NCBI GenBank assembly: GCA_002633005.1
Contig: NMRA01000521.1
Coordinates: forward strand, 242,234-306,233
Direction: 5' to 3'
Length of the DNA: 64,000 nucleotides
DNA from: Phoronis australis
Taxonomy: Eukaryota > Animalia > Phoronida
Made by a program: the position numbers and the translations under genes. The stretch's first letter is position 1, and every line of letters starts with the position of its first letter. Shown here in pieces: positions 60,301 to 64,000 of the stretch. Under the pieces are notes generated by a model. The model did not search any database. It was given only the letters and a program-made list of their open reading frames with translations, and was not told where the DNA came from.

Positions 60301-62666
60301 GTATACTGTATTGGCTCTAAGAAACGCTTTGAAAAATTCATTTCACAGGGAGGGGACGCTTATTGTAGCCTGCGGCCGTTGGAAACCCGGTTTCCCAAAC
60401 AGGTAAAATCGGAAGCTAGGATTCCTCAAATTTACGCTCTGTGACGTATTTGTAGCCTATGACAGTTTTTCTACAAAATTGTCGTGCATTGCTATCAACT
60501 TCTGTTGTTAAATTACGATAATTTTTCAAAAAATTGTGCTCATCACAGGGCGAAAACTTGCGGACTGATGCGTTGTTGAATCGCGATCGTCAATAGGAAA
60601 ACTTGAACTCTTGAATAAAAATATAGTTTCGACTCAACAAATTACCTGAGATCTTCCTTATGTTTTACAATTTTTAAAGTTCATGTGGAGTCCAGATTAA
60701 TTGCGATTAAGTCCCAAATCTGCGCTACATCGTACGCCACAACACAAGAAAAATCTCTGGATGAACACACATGTTGTTGTCACGTGACGTTTGTTTTGAA
60801 GTTCGTCTGCGTATGAGAGTGAGTGAGCGTGCGTGTGCGGGTCATCGACGACAGACTTTTTTGTTACAAAAGGCGGAGGATTATGCAAGAAAATGGCGTT
60901 TACTAGATTGTTTTTCACTTAAACGGCTGCAACATGCAAGGTGAGTGCTGGGTAACTCACAAATTTTGTGTGCACAGGCCAACGGTTGTTAGCTCCACCG
61001 TGGTGTATTAATAGTCCAAGGTTCGATCTACATGTTGGGGACGAGGTGAACTACCCGGGCTGTGTGAAATTTCTGGGTCTAATGGAGACACTGACGCAGT
61101 GGTCAGCCAGCTCGCTGTATCAAGACTATAGTCAAAATCCAAATTCGTTTGATTGTGTCCCTGTCAATAATAATGGCATGCTAAAGCCTTCTTAATTTTC
61201 GTACATCAGGAACATAACAAACACGTGTTTTGTACACATATACGCGCACGCCGCAGATCACATCTCGGAAATTGCCGATTTGACGGATGACAATGAATGA
61301 GCACAATGAAATTCAACAATGTTGTTTTACAGCTTGTAAGATTCATAATAAACGTATTTTGAATATTACAATACATGTGTTCCAAAATCTAAATAACTTA
61401 GGTCCTATATTTTTGTACTCGTGCACGCCGAATGAAAGTAATCGTAAGTGTTGCTGCGTTGCAAAATCTCTTATCCTGGGCCGATTTGAAAAATTCAAAG
61501 TTGTACTCATATTTGTTTTCGATCCTCTTTTCAAATATTACAATAAAAACTATGTAAAACTCTCTCCATAAAAAGTAGTCTGCTAGCTAGATTGTAATCA
61601 GCTGATCACATCCGCATGAGCGAAGCCAATTATCCTCGCTCGTGACTTGATGAATAGAGCAGCTTGGCGGCATCCCTGTGATCGTGAGCTGAGCGCGACT
61701 CAGCCAAGGTGGATAAATACGATCTAGTTCAATTTTCCAAACCCCACCTTGACAAGCGGGGTTAGGACCAATCTTATTTAGTGGGAATGTTTATAGCATG
61801 ACAACCTGGGATTTTGGCTTCAAGCACAGGTGAGAATTGAAACTGGAGTCCATTGACTGTGCTTTTTTGACATAACCTGTAGTTGCAGAAGAGAGTTTCT
61901 GCAGTTGATAGCCAGAGTATGCTGTTATGGAAATTCCCCCATTTGTATGAATAAATAACAAATGCGTGTAACACATTGTGTTATTTTCTATGCATTTTGA
62001 AGCCTGTTTAGTTGTTAACAAATGGCAAGTATTGATTCAGTCCTACCAATCATTGTTTGAGGGGAGTTTGATATGTTTCGAAGTAAGGGGTTTCCCTTTG
62101 TTCTTTTTTGTGCAAGATGAGTCATATGTTAATACATTGCAAATAAAAGCTTGGTTGATGAATATTTCCAGGTTTTGTTGTTTTCATTAAATACCTTATA
62201 AAAGGATTCAGCAGTTGGAATTTTAAACTATCTAAGTGTAGCAGACACTAACACACATTAGAAAGTGGGCTCAAAACGTAATGCGAGTCATACGGCATTG
62301 CCCTATTCATTGAGCCAAGTCGCATTAAACTGTATCATTCTGGAAAAAAGTTTGTTCTGCCAAGGTCTGTCTGGTTTGTTTAAATTATTACGACTACTAC
62401 GACTGTACCTCATCAGCTCCGATGTGAAAGTATTCACTGTCCGCATGAAATGTTATCACTTGACGTAGCATCTCTTCAAGAAGTTGCCTTGCACCATTCA
62501 CGCATGGAGAGATCGCTTGAGGAAAGTCATCAAGTTCCCGATATCCCATGAACTTTTCATGTTTCAAGACAAATTCAAGATGGCCAAAAGTCTGCACCAG
62601 AGGCATCACCACAAGCCCGCTTTGTTTTGCAGCATCCAAAATCGACTTCAGATTTACGTCATACAT
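49762..62666 (-). CDS. HEXD: Hexosaminidase D-like (GH20) gene, 5'-partial; four exons visible
   Basis: Exons about 62660-62409, 55548-55452, 52039-51963 and 51369-49762 join in frame. Motifs PLVQTFGHLEFVLKH, HIGADEV (catalytic DE), MWDDM, EPMIWRY, WVASSFKGA and TGWQRFDHFATLCELLP. The 5' exons are not in the window. Confidence 0.9.
51963..52039 (-). CDS. HEXD: HEXD-like internal exon
   Basis: TTTTCAG acceptor; EFVRKYGKVPVMWDDMYRHTPLDVLK; donor GTAAGA. Confidence 0.9.
53081..53117 (-). ncRNA. Second minimal hammerhead ribozyme-like motif (inverted copy)
   Basis: Minus strand CTGATGA-T-GTCT(AATGAAA)AGAC-GAAA-CGTT. Confidence 0.65.
53463..53969 (+). pseudogene. Penelope-type GIY-YIG endonuclease domain (C-terminal fragment, RT missing)
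   Basis: SNVVYKVECDNCKEFYIGLAQRRLCDRLKEH...KESLAI...LN: VY/YIG motifs with the CxxC insert typical of PLE endonucleases. Confidence 0.88.
54077..54113 (+). ncRNA. Minimal hammerhead ribozyme-like motif
   Basis: CTGATGA-T-GTCTT(ATGAG)AAGAC-GAAA-CGTT: conserved core boxes, 5-bp stem II, palindromic ACGT in place of stem III. Confidence 0.7.
55452..55548 (-). CDS. HEXD: HEXD-like internal exon
   Basis: CACAG acceptor; VYHLGQG...DQLFLSHVRGMA; donor GTACGA; phases match both neighbours. Confidence 0.88.
56621..56682. repeat. 20-bp tandem repeat x3
   Basis: (G/A)TGTGGCCCATGGGTTGCCA repeated three times. Confidence 0.9.
57996..60165. mobile_element. TIR DNA transposon remnant of about 2.2 kb (contains a gap), AT flanks, possibly ISL2EU-like
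   Basis: AT|GGGGCTATTCGGA-AAATCT ... AGATTTCTCCGAATAGCCCC|AT; no intact transposase ORF seen. Confidence 0.7.
59347..59673. other. Assembly gap
   Basis: Run of N; smaller gaps near 43458-43466 and 47339-47376, both after G-runs. Confidence 0.99.
62409..62666 (-). CDS. HEXD: HEXD-like exon with catalytic motif (5' boundary uncertain)
   Basis: LKSILDAA...PLVQTFGHLEFVLKH...FHIGADE; donor GAG|GTACAG. Confidence 0.85.
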
Positions 62667-63806
62667 TTAGTCTGTGGCCACCGGTAATTCAAAATGTGCA
62701 AAAATCCATGGTGTGTACTGTTTAAACGATACAAAAACGAAGTGCTTTTACAATGTTTTAAGGAGGAACGATAAAAACAAAAGCTGATTTAGAAGTAACA
62801 GCATGATTGAAATTTTTAGGATTCTCTATTTTAATGGCTAATCAACGCCAGAAATATCTGACATGGGCAGTGCGCATGCGCAGCCAGCAGCTAACTATTC
62901 CCCCACAGAAATACACACAAGAAGGGGTTTTCCGAGGAATTTTGATTTAGGGGAGACAACTCTGCAATTTGCCGATAGCCAGCGAGAAAAACATAGATCT
63001 AAGGATTCTTTATGCTGAATATTGGAAAGATTGGTGAAGATTTTTCGGTGTCCATTGAAGTTTGAAGTTTGCCCATGTTGATGGTACACAGCCAATCGTC
63101 CGGAAGGCAATATTTGAGCCCAAACCCATTTTCAAATCAAATCTGTGGAGAGCATAATTCAGTTCCCTCGTTTGCCGATAGCGGAGGTCACAAACAGTGT
63201 GACCTAGATATCACAAATGCTGTTTTCGAACGAATTTTCTGAAAAAAACCAGTGTCCAACAGGGTGTTGAAAACGGGTTTGCGGCCAGAAATGTAAAAAG
63301 CAGTCACTTAAAGTTTCGTGGTCTGTAGTACGATTTGCAAGCCCTAATGAGGAAGATTTAGCCCGGAATGATTATGTTCATTCCTAGTAGTGCAATAAGA
63401 AGCAGTCGGTCATGTATTTTGCTAAAAAAAATGAATTCTGAAATTATTGAACATAGAGCACTTCATGAGACTCAGCTAGGTTAAGGTTGTACTAGATCTT
63501 TTTAACATTATATTGCTGTTTTTAATTTATGCTGTGTTGAAGGTATTACATTTATTAAAAAAAGAACTCATACCAACAGACGGCGGATCCATGGAATTAA
63601 GATGATGGAGGCCCCCACCTCAGTTTCTGAAGGACAAACCTTCATAATAGCCTTGCGAGGGGCGTGACGTCAATTTTTGTAGGACAAACCCTCATGAGAT
63701 CCCTGAAAACGAAAGGTCAGCCCCATTTTTTATCGTGTGCAGAATGAGAGAGCCCGGGCCCCCCCGGACCCCCTATATCCATCTATGCAGCGTACCGTCA
63801 CGGTTT

Positions 63807-63935
63807 GATAGGCGGATCCAGGGTGGTCAAAGAGTTTCGGATCCCTTTTTCCCTTGATTTTAATTATATAAAATCTAGAATTTTCGAATTGTTGACTTGG
63901 ACCCCTTTTTTAAATAAAACCTGGATCTGCCCCTG
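63807..63935. mobile_element. GC-rich-TIR MITE
   Basis: GATAGGCGGATCCAGG / CCTGGATCTGCCCCTG; flanks GGTTT / CGTTT match at 4 of 5 positions (degenerate TSD). A related decayed copy lies at about 63577-63787. Confidence 0.65.
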
Positions 63936-64000
63936 CGTTTGGTTTCAAAACAGATTGTGCGTGTGCAGATAAATAATATGGAACGAAATTTTATCATTCC

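Noticed and set aside
2337-62666. LOXL, GPCR and HEXD as a functional gene cluster
   Set aside because: Unrelated functions, mixed orientation and long repeat-filled spacers; nothing in the sequence indicates co-regulation.

Overview
Eukaryotic (metazoan, probably marine invertebrate) genomic DNA with spliceosomal introns, many transposon remnants and several assembly gaps. There are three host genes. (1) A 10-exon lysyl oxidase-like gene on + (2337-29208, about 673 aa): signal peptide, SRCR, Thr/Pro-rich linker, SRCR, then a LOX catalytic domain with the Cu-binding motif and both LTQ residues. (2) An intronless class A GPCR on - (35120-36382). (3) The 3' part of a hexosaminidase D-like GH20 gene on - (49762 to about 62660), with a long low-complexity C-terminal tail; its most upstream visible exon has no clean splice acceptor. 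Mobile DNA includes an uninterrupted L1/Tx1-type ORF2 inside a LOXL intron and a Kolobok-like element with TTAA TSD and a THAP remnant. It also includes a Penelope-like insertion with a 13-bp TSD, inverted arms and two hammerhead ribozyme-like motifs, a nested stack of a TIR element, a CR1/L2-type LINE and a second copy of the same TIR element, GC-rich MITEs with 5-bp TSDs, tRNA-derived SINE heads and minisatellites. I found no convincing previously undescribed multi-gene system. The findings are unusual structural features, all identified by eye without database searches.
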